Source: Corallochytrium limacisporum Hawaii (taxonomy: Eukaryota; Protista; Pluriformea). Taken from it: 64,000 bases of DNA. The notes beneath the pieces were generated by a model that searched no databases, was not told the DNA's origin, and worked only from the letters and a program-made list of their open reading frames with translations. The stretch is from assembly GCA_002811645.1 (NCBI GenBank), contig PDIP01000016.1, forward strand, positions 62,001-126,000, given 5' to 3'. This document shows positions 33,401-45,137 of the stretch, piece by piece (the first letter of the stretch is position 1; the number at the start of each line of letters is the position of its first letter). The position numbers were made by a program, and so were the translations under genes.

Positions 33401-36400
33401 AGTATTCCCAGTTTCAGCCTGTGGTATGCGCCTTTCTGACTCCATCAGATTCATTCTCCGCTTTGGAAAATTCTCATTGTAGAGTTCATAGACAATGCCT
33501 TCTGCAGCGAAACTGAACGGGAATCTCTCGTGCATGACACAAATTCCTGTCTGACACATTGAATGAAGTTCTGTACCGTTGGAGATGGATAAAAAGAGCC
33601 GGAAACTTGGACACTTGGCTTGTTTTGCTTCACTGAATCTCTTTCGGTTCTTTCGCATGCAACGGAATTGTTCGATTCAAAACCAGCGGGCAGGGGAATG
33701 CCTCATGTACTTTCTGTCGTTCTTCTCTGACTCTGATCAATCACTCGCAGCAATGCTCTACAAGGATGGCCTGATCGATGACTTTTGCAGTGCCACAAGG
33801 GACATGCAAAGGGCGCCAAACAGATGAACGAGCTACGCCTGGTTATCCTGTGTCCAATCTTCATTCCTTTTCGTCGTCTCGGAGAAACCGCACGGCGTAG
33901 ACACTGCTAGGGAGATTCGCTTGGGCTGTCCTAGGTATCTTCCAGTTAAATGATCGGCATACAATGGTAAACATCTGTTCTGATATTCGATGTCTGGGGA
34001 GCAGAGGGAACCAACAGGCCACCATGCTTCAGCATGACCATGAGAGGCAATCGGTACACGGTGTAGTCGGATGACTATCTAGCAGAATGGGACCATCGTC
34101 CACGGGTTATTTGTGTTTCTGTTTTTCTCAATACAGGGTTTTCCTCACTGCCAAAGCGAAAGATTTGAAGACACTTTGTACGGAAATGTCACCTCGAAAT
34201 ATATAGTATCTATAATAGATTATGTGTGGTGTGTTGACATTGGCAGGCGTGAATGAATTGTATGTTCCTAACCGTCTTTGCAGAGTTTTGAAGTTAACTG
34301 AGAAGTCACTCATCTGTTTAATACTGAAGACTAGTCCCTGGACTGGAATTGTCTAGGATACGTTACACGATACATTTCAGGACCGTCTATGGCCCCAGTG
34401 GAGAGCTCAGCAATCCGGACAGACTCCTATAGTTTTGTATAGTAATTCTCGAAATCCTCATCGACACGGAAATGTGTTTGCAGAACCTGAGCTATACCAA
34501 TCCCCTTCACTAAGCACGGGTTCGCTCATCTCTACCGGCACTGTTTCGTCAACAGCGCTAATTCTTGCGTCAATCAGAAGAAGGCACAAGAAAACGTCAG
34601 AGTTCTAGGTGTTCTGGTGACTTCGTACGTTGCAGTGAATCCATATGTCGGCACCTCGTAGTTACGGGTGCGGCGGGTATGTCGGGTGCAAAGCAGGTCT
34701 AAAAACATTCTCACTATATTTCCCGAAGTAGCCAGCCATTGATTAATTTCATTTTGGTTTCCCTGTGTGAGACGTTCTCTTTCGAATTTTTTGCCCGCTG
34801 CGTTGTCCACAGTTCTTATCAATTGTCTCAAGAAGAACAGTTGACAATACATTATCAGGTGATTGAATGCGACCTCTTTGGGTTTCCCTCACTTGAGCGT
34901 TATTGTTGGGCCAGAAAGAACCGGAAAATTGCATAGTGACATGAGATGGGCCGGTGATCGTGCTTATGTTCCCTGTGCTAAGTCCCATTGAGTGCCAAGG
35001 ACAAGTAGCCCGATCCAGGAGGAAGCGTGAACATGGTCCCATTCACGCCATCGCGCGGTCCCTTCTGCACAGTTCCAAAATACTAGGTCTAAACTCAGTG
35101 TGTCAAAGAAGAAATAGAGGTCTTGGTCTTCACAATCACATGGGGGAATCGGGGTCTGTTACGTGGACTATTTGCGAGATGCGGTGGCACGCTGTGGATG
35201 TTTTTATGTTTATACACAATGTATACGAGTAACTTACTTTCCTAGTTGGAAGTCGGAAGAAGAATGGTCGTCAGGCACACCAGCAGTACCGTAGGGAGTG
35301 ATCATGTGAGAACAAATTTCCCAAACGGTAGTAACAACTGACTTTCTCATCTAACAACGATGGTTCCTGTCACTACCAATAGCACTCCGACTCGCAAGTA
35401 TTTCTAGATCTTGTCGCAAACTACCCCTTATTTGTAAATGAAGAGCTACACACCTTCTCCGAAGTGTCTGGGAATTAATGCTTTGGGAAGTACCTAGCCT
35501 CATTTCCCCGATTGCTTTCTTGATGCTTTGGTTGTGGTGGAAGGCTGCACATGTGCCTGGATCATATGAGGAAACAGGCTGCGTACTAGAGCTACCCCCT
35601 TGATGTTCTTTCCAGGCAAAAGTCAGAGCAGATTCACAGGTTTGTATGTCTTGGACCACCTGTCAGCAATCGGCGGGTCATTCAGCGATGCCACAGCTGA
35701 ACCTGAACGTAGCACCCGACCTGTCACACTAGATTCACCTTTTTCCCAGACACACCCGACGCCCAGACCAACCATACAAAATCAAGCTGTGCTAATTCAT
35801 GTAGAATACGAAATGTGTTCCTTAGGATGAAGAAAATATTTGACGCCGCCGCAGCACCCGGACATGCATCTCCCTGTAGGCCGACAGGTGCCTTTGCGGA
35901 ACTCATTGCATAGTCAAAGAATGGGTATCTAACTTTTGGAACTGTGGAGACATCCACGGTCACACTTACACTGTCGATGCACTGTACCAAACACCGGCTC
36001 TTCCAAACGTCTGGGTTTCAATTCCGTCAATCGCTTACGGAGAACCTCGTATTCCCTTCACATGGGGGTCGGTCCATGAGAAGTAGAAAAGTCGGCGAAT
36101 TGACTGTTAAACAAGTGCAGATGAGTACCTGTGCGCAAACACCCCGATCCTCGACAACGATGAGTCTGACAGGCAAAACTAGAGCAAGATAATTTATCAT
36201 ATGCATGTGCGACCTCTCACAAAATAGACACCTTTGTAGAGTACATACATAGACACTGAATAGACTGACTATAGACCCCACTGGCCGTTGGCTGGCGTGA
36301 CGCGTGGGCTCGTGGGCTCCGGATCGGTCGCTGCGGTCAAATTCAAAAGAGGAAAAGAAATTGAAGACCCGGCGGCCGTACTGACACAAGCGGTTGCCAC

Positions 36401-39400
36401 ATTCACGGGCCCGGCCAGCCCCCAATCTGCTCTCAAAAAAATTCTTATTCAGGGATCGACAAAAATGGAAATCAATAGTCAATGAATTTGCGAAAGAGAC
36501 ACTAGGATCCATGAAAGCTTACTATCCCAACCACTCCTATCTGCAGCTACAGAATGATTTCTTCACCTGAGTCGTGCAGAAGTGGACAACAAATATCAGC
36601 AGCCGCGGCTGTTGAATGCGTCAGTCGCTCGCTTTCAGTCTTAGTTCTTCCGATACCCACACCTCCGGAAGCAACCGATTCTTTCATACTGAAATAGCGG
36701 CATCCTAACCGCTGATGTTTTCAATTCCGTGCCCTACGAGAATAATCTGCAACAAGTCACCCCGATATTTCCTCCTATTTCTAGATGTTCAAACATCTGT
36801 CCTGGCATGCATTCGATGCTTCGTAGCTTCATAAAAAATTTATTACGGCCACAAACGGAGAATTGAATGAATGCCGAAGGGAGAAGGGGGAGTGGGGGCA
36901 GTGAGGATCAGAGGGTGCAGCCGCAAGGATCACTATCCTATCCGCACACCAGTTGTTTTTCGGTCGCGAGGAGTGGTACTCGGTGGTTAATTCCTTTGCA
37001 GCGAAAGTATTCACTAAGAAAAATTTACGGAGGACCTGAAACTCACAAAGCAGACAAAAGCATGCACCAGTAGTAGATTTCGGTGAGTGACAATATTCAT
37101 AGGGCTAAGTGAAAGCGATGACTTTATGCTCCTCTGTCTTCGATCTGATCATGCGGTATTCATATAGTGAGATTGCTTTACAGAAACCAAGACCACGGAG
37201 TGCCACGCGCAAACCGCACAAGCAAATAAAAAAGCCAACCATCAAATTTCACATGTTTGTTACAATGGGGAGCGGGAAGCGGCCGACAATGGCGATGACG
37301 CACCACAGAAAAAAAGAGCCGGAACTGAGGTTACATTGCACAGCAACGAATATCTTACTACTACACTATGGAATATTCTCCAGCCCTCACTGCCTCTATC
37401 CAAGCTACAACATTTCCCGTGCTCAGCTTTTGCGCGTATACTTATGGATTTCGACCGCCACAACAGTGTGGCAGCGAGCAAGAAATTCAGAAGAGCGAGG
37501 CCACACCACCAGCCACGCCCTTCTTGAAAAAGGCTTGAGCAGTCTCCAGATTAGGAATATGCCTAACCGAACTCCAGTACGTTTAATATTACCACGGAGA
37601 TTTCCCCAAGAGCATAGCCATACCACCAATCACTCTTTGAATGGGTCCCTTGCTGGCAACAGACACAGCGTCTGTTACCAAATCCTTCACATGTGTAAGC
37701 CCCATACCAAAGAAGTGCGGAATTTTTTTACAGCTGTGATTTGCCTTCTTTCTCGGTGGTCCAAACCAATCACATTTTTCTTTCCTCGCCCCTTCTTCGG
37801 TGTTGCCTCAGTACTTCCTCCTTGTTGTATTCTCTGACAGTGAGAAAATATATGGAGAATCTCGATCCCCAACTGCCGAACTACCGCAAGTCCTGGAACA
37901 AGGACCCACCACCACGCGGTCACACTAAGAGTTTTCCTATACAACACCACCAAGAAAATTGGTTGACCCCAAGATCTTGTTGTGATGCATTTGTCGCGGT
38001 TGTGGATCACTTTTTGGGGGGTTTGGTTAGCAAAATTGATACCAAGTGATCCTACAAACAACCACATTGACTACAACGTACAGAAGCTGACGCCGGACCG
38101 AATGAACTTAGGGCTGAAATCAATTGGAAACTACGGCATATTTAATACCGCTTTTGCAGCAGCTGCTACTCATCAGCTGTTACTGCTGTAGTCTGAGGCA
38201 GATCGATCGTCCGCACGCACTGCATCAAGGGAGAAAACAACAAGACAGGAAGGCATTCCAATTGTTCATTTTCGTCCACAAACGGCTTTGACATTCCATA
38301 TGAAATATATGTCCTATGAGGCGTCGTTCGAATACGAATCGTTTCATATTTGCCGCATGAGGACGGATGTGTTGCTGTGTGAACTTTGCTGAGGATTTCT
38401 TGCCGCAATTTTTTTGCTCTCTTGGATAAAAATTTCACACACAGCCTTCGTTGGCTTCGAATCTTCTCAAGGACACTGAGATATTTAAAAAACTTTTGCT
38501 CATCAAGGCACTATAGTTGCCTCACTCCCCTGATCTTTCAGCCTGTTGCACACCCACTCGTTTACCAATGACACTGGAGAAAAATTTCAAAGGTTCACGT
38601 GGCCGCCCCCGAGTTTTGCACCGCACGGTAGTGCTACAGTTTCATTGCAACTGTTTACCTATAAAATTCTACCGGAACGTGAATAGGTTGGAACAAAAGA
38701 GGAAACCATCTCCCCCTTGTCTCGCCCTGTTCAGAGAACTGCTCGTCGTCCCCGCCGCGGAACTTGCCATTCTGTCCAAGAACCTCGCCCACTCTGCTTC
38801 GTATCCCATGCGTTCCTTCCCGTCGGCTATGTTTTGCATACATTACTTATATAATGGTTGAACACATGGTTGCGGAACCTGCGTGTTGCCATTTTTTTTC
38901 GGCCTACCTCGCGTTCCGACCGCTGAAGAAAAAAGTGCTTCGCACCCAGCAACCCACTCTCCTCCCGCCTTTCCTCGCCCTACTCTTCCCCAATGCAAAT
39001 ATACTTTAGACGACGCAACCTCAGATTACGCTCCTTATTCCTGGAGGCAACGGCAAGAAAGAGGAGGAAGTGAGGCCAGACGAATGGCTTCAACATGCTC
39101 GGGCTAAACAGCCATAGTATATCTGGGCCGAAAGTCATAGTAGGACGATCGGCAGAATGTAAGCCGCCTCGCGTTGTGTGGTGAGGCCAGAATAAACAGA
39201 GAGACAGAGTGTGGAGCAAGGAAGGAAGGATTTCCGTTGCTGTCCAGCAAATTCTATGACAGATAGGCCGCTGCAACCGCTCCCTACGAAGCATTTGCAG
39301 ATGATCCACACCCCCAGACTGCCCTTCCGCTGCTTCCCTCAGACTTTTAACTAGGTATTCCATATATATTGTATTGATCGTTTCATAACCGCGCGGAGCA

Positions 39401-40082
39401 TTCTACTCAACAGAATTTTTTCTTGAGGCCGTGGCTTCAACAGAATTGGCACGGGGGATGGAGGGAAAGAAGCTCATGGCGGAGTGCAACGGGGAAAAAA
39501 CACCGAAGCCGGCTCCTCAGACTCTTGGGTCCGGCTCGTTTTCCTTTGTAGTGTGTGGCCTTTGCCACCCGTCCCCGGGTGGGGGACGGCGGTGGCGAAG
39601 GGTGTGTTTGGAGTCTCAGAGTCAGCTGAGAGGGGGGGGGGCTCCCCTTTCCCCCCTCTGCCGATGTCGCAAAGGGGGTTAACACCCAGACTCATTGCCA
39701 AGCTTTTGGGACTGTATCATGCCCCGGTCAACCATCGGAGACGATGTATCTCAGAGTGTTTGCGCTCAACTTGCCATACTGAGCTACGGGTCTCTTGTAC
39801 AAGTCTTCTGAAGGGGTTGGCACCAAAGACATTGAGCTAAGACATCACATCTCAAGGGGAAACCGAAGGTAGTTAAGAATACGTCCCCAATGTGTCTGCT
39901 ACAGTCCGCAATATTTGATTAGACATACACAGGAACCATTTAGCGTAACATTATAACATATTGTAACTGTTGTCAACTGGACACCGTTAATTGACCAGTT
40001 TGTAAAGGTAAATTTAGTCAAGCGAAACGAAAGCGAAGAGAGAGTCAAACGAAAGAATTGTCAAGAATAATCCTTAGCAGAA

Positions 40083-41837
40083 ATGGCTTTGGAAGTCCCC
40101 GAACACAGCAATGAGCATCTTGCTCCACCACGGGCCAAATCTGCGCAGTCCATGAATAAGAAGCGCAACCGGCACTCGGTGGATATTAGCAGGTTCCGTA
40201 ATGAGGCCAGTTCATTGTCACCAAAGAGTCTCACTCGACGTAGTAGCAGTGTCACCGGCTCGGACAGCTCGGAACTGAGCAGTGGATCACCAGCATTGTT
40301 CAGCACGGACACATGCTTTGTAGGAGAGTCTATTCTCCAGCTCAGTAGATCCACACCGGTCTCGGACATTACACCACGCAAAAAATCCTTCATGAAGGTG
40401 CCCGTCGGTGTCACCAAGAAGGGCGAGCATGTAACTATTGAACTATCACAGCAGAGTCTTATTCTCCACTACGGGACCGAGGGAGATGGACACTACGATG
40501 TGTATCCATTGATTAGCGTGCTGCAGGCCAAAGCCTGTGGAGATAATGATCAAGACTTTTGCATTGAATTCGCTGTTTTGAGCAAAAAGGAACGCGCAAA
40601 ACACCAGGGCAAGGCTGTCATTGACCGCACATTCCACGTCGGAAACCCTGAAATGGCCAAACAGTGGGTAGACTACATCATGCGGGCGGCCTATGGTGAG
40701 AGTCCTCGCACCAACCGTATCATTGTGTTTGTGAACCCGATGAGCGGCAAGAAGAAGGCACCAAAGGTCCTTAAGCAATTCGTGCGGCCAATTCTGGATC
40801 GCATCCCCTTCGTTACCTATGAAGTTAAGGAAACTGAGTATGCTGGACACGTACAGGAATGGGCACGCAGCGCCGACTTTTCACACATCGACACCGTAAT
40901 GACCCTTTCCGGTGACGGACTAGTCTACGAATTTGTCAATGGTATGATGAACAGGCCAGATGCTGATGAAGTTGCCAGCCGGGTAGTGCTTGCCCCTGTG
41001 CGGGCTGGAACGGGAAACGGCACAAACAATACCACCGGGCTGTTTGATCGCGTCTCTGCCACCATTAGCGGTGCTAAGCGTATCTGCTCCAAGCTCGACA
41101 TTTTCGAGTGCATATACGACGGTGACACCAAGAACAAAGTCTACAGTGTGTTGAACGTTGCATGGGGCGTTGCCGGTGACGCGAACGTGAACACTTACCA
41201 TCTACGCTGGATGGGAGACAAACGCTTCCACGTTGGTGTAGCTGAGTCCATGATGGCTTTGAGGACGTACAAGGGCAAGGTCAGCATTGTGGCAGAAGAG
41301 TACTCTCATGAGACTTGCACTGGTGCCGGTTGCGTACACTGCAGCGTGACTCAGTCGCCAGCGGCAAACTATTTCGACCAAAAGGGACAGTGGAGAGAAG
41401 AGTACAAGAACCGCATCACAGTTATGGATGACAAGTACTTCCTTCTGCTCCTGAGCAACACACCGAAGCTCGGTAAGAATTTCCATATGGCTCCGTACGC
41501 CCATCTGGCGGATGGGATGGGTGACCTGATTATTGTGCGTAATCCCACGCGCAAGGACATTTTGAATTTCTTCCTCACTGCGGGCCAGGGCACTTATGTC
41601 GAGACTTCAAAGGTAGCGGAGTACTACAAGGTGAGAGCCATGCGCATTGAGCCCAGTGATGACCAACCGTCCAAAGGCTACCTCGAGATTGACGGGGAGG
41701 ACAAGCCAGGGGCGCCTGTTTCTGTGACTGTGCTGCCCGCTCAGCTTATGATTACGACTCAGCTGCAGACTGCCAACTACAACGCAGTGTACTGGCAGAA
41801 GATTCCAAGCAGTGGTACTCTCAGTGAACTGAACTGA
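40083..41837 (+). CDS. Sphingosine/ceramide kinase family protein (DAGK fold) with PH-like N-terminal region
   Basis: VNPMSG, SGDGL.YE..NG, AGTGN, AP.A.L.DG..DL, IDGE; Cys cluster CTGAGCVHC. Confidence 0.88.
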   Translation: MALEVPEHSNEHLAPPRAKSAQSMNKKRNRHSVDISRFRNEASSLSPKSLTRRSSSVTGSDSSELSSGSPALFSTDTCFVGESILQLSRSTPVSDITPRKKSFMKVPVGVTKKGEHVTIELSQQSLILHYGTEGDGHYDVYPLISVLQAKACGDNDQDFCIEFAVLSKKERAKHQGKAVIDRTFHVGNPEMAKQWVDYIMRAAYGESPRTNRIIVFVNPMSGKKKAPKVLKQFVRPILDRIPFVTYEVKETEYAGHVQEWARSADFSHIDTVMTLSGDGLVYEFVNGMMNRPDADEVASRVVLAPVRAGTGNGTNNTTGLFDRVSATISGAKRICSKLDIFECIYDGDTKNKVYSVLNVAWGVAGDANVNTYHLRWMGDKRFHVGVAESMMALRTYKGKVSIVAEEYSHETCTGAGCVHCSVTQSPAANYFDQKGQWREEYKNRITVMDDKYFLLLLSNTPKLGKNFHMAPYAHLADGMGDLIIVRNPTRKDILNFFLTAGQGTYVETSKVAEYYKVRAMRIEPSDDQPSKGYLEIDGEDKPGAPVSVTVLPAQLMITTQLQTANYNAVYWQKIPSSGTLSELN

Positions 41838-42148
41838 GACATATGGGAGCACACTGTCCCTTTTCGAAACATAGCACGCGCGCATGCGCGTCAACATCAT
41901 TCATGAAGAACTTGCATCATCATCAAAGAAGAGCTTTTCCTTTCCACCACATTAGTATTGCTTTTCATGGGAAAAGAACACATTTTCATTCAGCATCATC
42001 ATTTCTAGACATAAGACATTACATAACATAGATCATATCCCATTAGGTATCAAGAATAACGAAATTTAAATGTCTTGGTTGATGCGGAAAAGCATTTGAT
42101 ACATTGATAGTCAAATATAGTCGTATATCGCTTCATTTGTGACAATTC

Positions 42149-43045
42149 CTACGCTCCAGAAGAGAACTGTTGTGCGGCCAAGTGGAATGCCTCCCGCTTT
42201 TCGTCCAACTCCTTCACGAAGGGATGATCAGCTGCCACCTCCTTTAGCTGGTTCATAAGTCGCTTCATAACCTCCGGCGGTTTGCCCATGTGCTGTGCGA
42301 CAACGAGCATATTGATCAGCATCTCGGGCTCATCACCGCTGCCCTTGTCACCGGCCTCATTCAGTAGCTGATCTGCATCCTCAAACCGTCCCTGGTGCAT
42401 GTGGCAGGCAGCCTGGCCAGTCAGCAAGCGACTTGTTGGTGTGTAGCGGTCCATCAGTTCCTGGTAAATGTAAAAGGCCTCCTGGTACTTCTCTCCACCC
42501 ATTGCTAGAGATGTCCATGCAGTAGCTAGTGAGGTGAGGACTGCATCGTCAGCAACCTCGTGCATGCTTTTAACTTCCTGGATGGCAAGATCGACGCGAT
42601 TCATGAGCAGTAGGCCCTGCACCCGAATGGCACGGCACTCGAGGTCGCCAAATCCGTGTACGGACTTGAGGGCAGCCTCATAGTTTTGCTCCCGAAGATA
42701 GATGCTCGCAGCAACCACCGCACAGATGGGGTCAGAAGCAGCACCAGGCTGAGACTCCATGAATTGCTGAAGCTGCTCCTCTACCTGAAGTCCCCGAGCA
42801 TTGTTGGCAAGGATGCTACTGAAAAGACGCACAATCTGGAGCGCTGCTGGATCAGAGTCAGTGATCTCCCCGTTGACTGTACTATATCGCTTCAATGCAA
42901 TATACGAACGACAAAGCAATGCACGTGCTTCTGTCTTGTAGTTTTCCGAAATGTGAGATGCAACGGCAAGATCACGCACCACTCCGGCAAAGTTGCCAAT
43001 GTGGAAGTTGTTCCGCGTTTCAAAGAGTTCGTCCTCCATGGCCAT
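42149..43045 (-). CDS. COPE: Coatomer subunit epsilon
   Basis: DELF..RNNF.IGNF, LLMNR.DLA, QEAFYIYQEL, HPFVK. First in-frame ATG at 43045. Confidence 0.95.
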   Translation of the reverse strand: MAMEDELFETRNNFHIGNFAGVVRDLAVASHISENYKTEARALLCRSYIALKRYSTVNGEITDSDPAALQIVRLFSSILANNARGLQVEEQLQQFMESQPGAASDPICAVVAASIYLREQNYEAALKSVHGFGDLECRAIRVQGLLLMNRVDLAIQEVKSMHEVADDAVLTSLATAWTSLAMGGEKYQEAFYIYQELMDRYTPTSRLLTGQAACHMHQGRFEDADQLLNEAGDKGSGDEPEMLINMLVVAQHMGKPPEVMKRLMNQLKEVAADHPFVKELDEKREAFHLAAQQFSSGA

Positions 43046-43572
43046 AATCACTTTCGTTGTCCGCTGAGATCGTAGTGGAATTCTTTTTGAGTTGTATGTC
43101 GAGCAAACTGAATGAAATAGGTCCAAAAGATACAAAGAGAGGACGTCCGATCTTTACAAATATAAGAGTGCGAACTATCCCCACATCTTCAACAGCGAAC
43201 GAACACTCAGATGACTGGTGTCTCCCGCCCCACACCTCCCTTGCTGGGCTCCAAATTGGCAAAGCCAAAACAATAAACGGCACGGAGGCAGTAACTACAT
43301 AGATCACCAGAGTCTGTGCGCGATAGTTCGGTGGGGAGAAAGGGTGAAGGAGGGGGTTGGTGGTGCTTCGTCAAGACTAGGCGCTGAAGAGCCGGAAACT
43401 ACAATCAAAGCACTAAATCTATTATTTTGATTCACAAATCACATTGATTTGGTTTCCAAACCGGGGGAGGGAGCCATCAGCAATGGAGGAGTGACCATAA
43501 ATGCATGCATTTGCTGCTTCCTTATGCTTATGGCAGACTACTGCCACAATAAATGAATTCTTTACTGTTTGT

Positions 43573-44460
43573 CTAGAAGATTAATGTGCGACACCGATCG
43601 TGTGTCCTCATATGTGGGATGAAGTGATCCTTGTACAGGGCCAGAAGCTCTTGACAGACCTCGCGGATCTGGAAGATACTGCACTCTTTCACGTCTCGGT
43701 AAGATCCGTCAATGACAACGAGGTCCAGTTTGTCCAATGTCATGGCCCTCTGGTCGAGCAAAGTTTTAACCCGACCTGGAGTGCCCGACGCCACAGTGCA
43801 GACCGTCCGTTCCAGGTACTCCACCTGCTCCCTGACCTTGAAATGCTTTGCGAAGAGTTTGCCAATCTTGCAAAGTTTGGCAAAGGCAGGCAGTTTGCGG
43901 TTAATGTCTGCACAGCGAATGCCTGAGGCTCCAATAATGAGCACGCGAGGCATTTTCTTTGGTGTGTCATTGTCAACCTTGCATTTCTTCATCCACTTCG
44001 GGTACACAGCAGTGATTACATTCTCCAAATTTTCGAGGGTGCGCGGCAGATCAACTACGTCCTTGGGGATCGCAGCGAAGCTCTCTTCAGTGTGGTGGAA
44101 CGGTTCTAGTTCTAATGGGGACAGTTTCGGGTAGGTCTCCTTCAGAGTTTTCTCCCAGAGCTGCGCCTGTCCACTTTCTTTGATTAATTCTTGCTGTTCT
44201 TTATCCTTTTTGTGACGCTTCTTACGCCGATTCTCGCGGTCCTTTCTGCGCTTCCTGCGCTTCCGTTCTTTCTTGGCCGCTTCATCTATTTCATTGTTTG
44301 CATCAGTATCATTGTCTTTGTTCACTCTGCTCTCACTGGTAGAATCGTCGAAGACCTTGCCATCGTCAGAAACTACCTGGACCTCATTCGAATGGGTGTC
44401 TGTGACGAAATCGTCTTCAAGATCGTCGCCTCCAGGTGCAGGTTTCCGTTTTTGTCCCAT
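43573..44460 (-). CDS. CMS1: Cms1/CMSS1 90S pre-ribosome factor
   Basis: DDLEDD N-terminus, basic tract, KLFAKH.K..EQ, GTPGR, D.SY.D.K. Confidence 0.9.
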   Translation of the reverse strand: MGQKRKPAPGGDDLEDDFVTDTHSNEVQVVSDDGKVFDDSTSESRVNKDNDTDANNEIDEAAKKERKRRKRRKDRENRRKKRHKKDKEQQELIKESGQAQLWEKTLKETYPKLSPLELEPFHHTEESFAAIPKDVVDLPRTLENLENVITAVYPKWMKKCKVDNDTPKKMPRVLIIGASGIRCADINRKLPAFAKLCKIGKLFAKHFKVREQVEYLERTVCTVASGTPGRVKTLLDQRAMTLDKLDLVVIDGSYRDVKECSIFQIREVCQELLALYKDHFIPHMRTHDRCRTLIF

Positions 44461-44906
44461 TGTTTTCGCTTATTCTGGAACTATTTTACAGAAACCAAGG
44501 AACAAGCTAACAGAAAAATCGTGTCACTAACATTACGCTCTCTTGTAGCCACAGTTCACTGTCAGGAATACCATTTCCTTCTGTTGGTTCCCATGTGGGA
44601 ACCCCCAGCAAAACCCGCCCTTTCTCTGTTCCTCCCCCATGGGTGAGACCCGCACTCTCTCCCTCTCTTCGCAAAGGACTATGGGGTGCAGTCCCTTTCT
44701 TCCCAGCCCGCTCCTACGAAAGCAAGTAGTTTGTCATTGGAAATTTCTACTGGTATAGCTTTGTCGGTTCCTGAGCAGAATGTGCTGATCGTCGTCTTAT
44801 TTCAGACACTTTTCATTTGTGAAGCGGATGCTTGGTTTAGCAGCATTTCAGTGCTTCCGAATGGGTCGAGTGAGAAGGCCATGTGAGCAAAGAAACCAGA
44901 GACACC

Positions 44907-45137
44907 ATGTCCTGGTTCAGGCGGTTTGTTAACGAAAGGCCTTTCACAGCCTCATTGACCATTCCTGTTTGTGTACTGCTAGCATACATGGCCCATACTT
45001 TTCGTACAGACATGAGTTTACGGGAAGCAAACGAAAGGGATCTGAGGGCTATCTACTCCCAAATGAACGACAGAGAGCTGCTGTACTTGGCCCAAGAAAA
45101 GATCGAAGAACGTTTGTACGGGAAGCGTGGCCAATAG
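44907..45137 (+). CDS. Small hypothetical single-TM protein (76 aa)
   Basis: ACCATG context, basic N-terminus, hydrophobic segment, charged helical tail; divergent from CMS1. Confidence 0.6.
   Translation: MSWFRRFVNERPFTASLTIPVCVLLAYMAHTFRTDMSLREANERDLRAIYSQMNDRELLYLAQEKIEERLYGKRGQ

Noticed and set aside
37109-37837. 242-aa ORF in the gene-free block
   Set aside because: Non-ATG start, atypical composition, no domain; likely a chance ORF.
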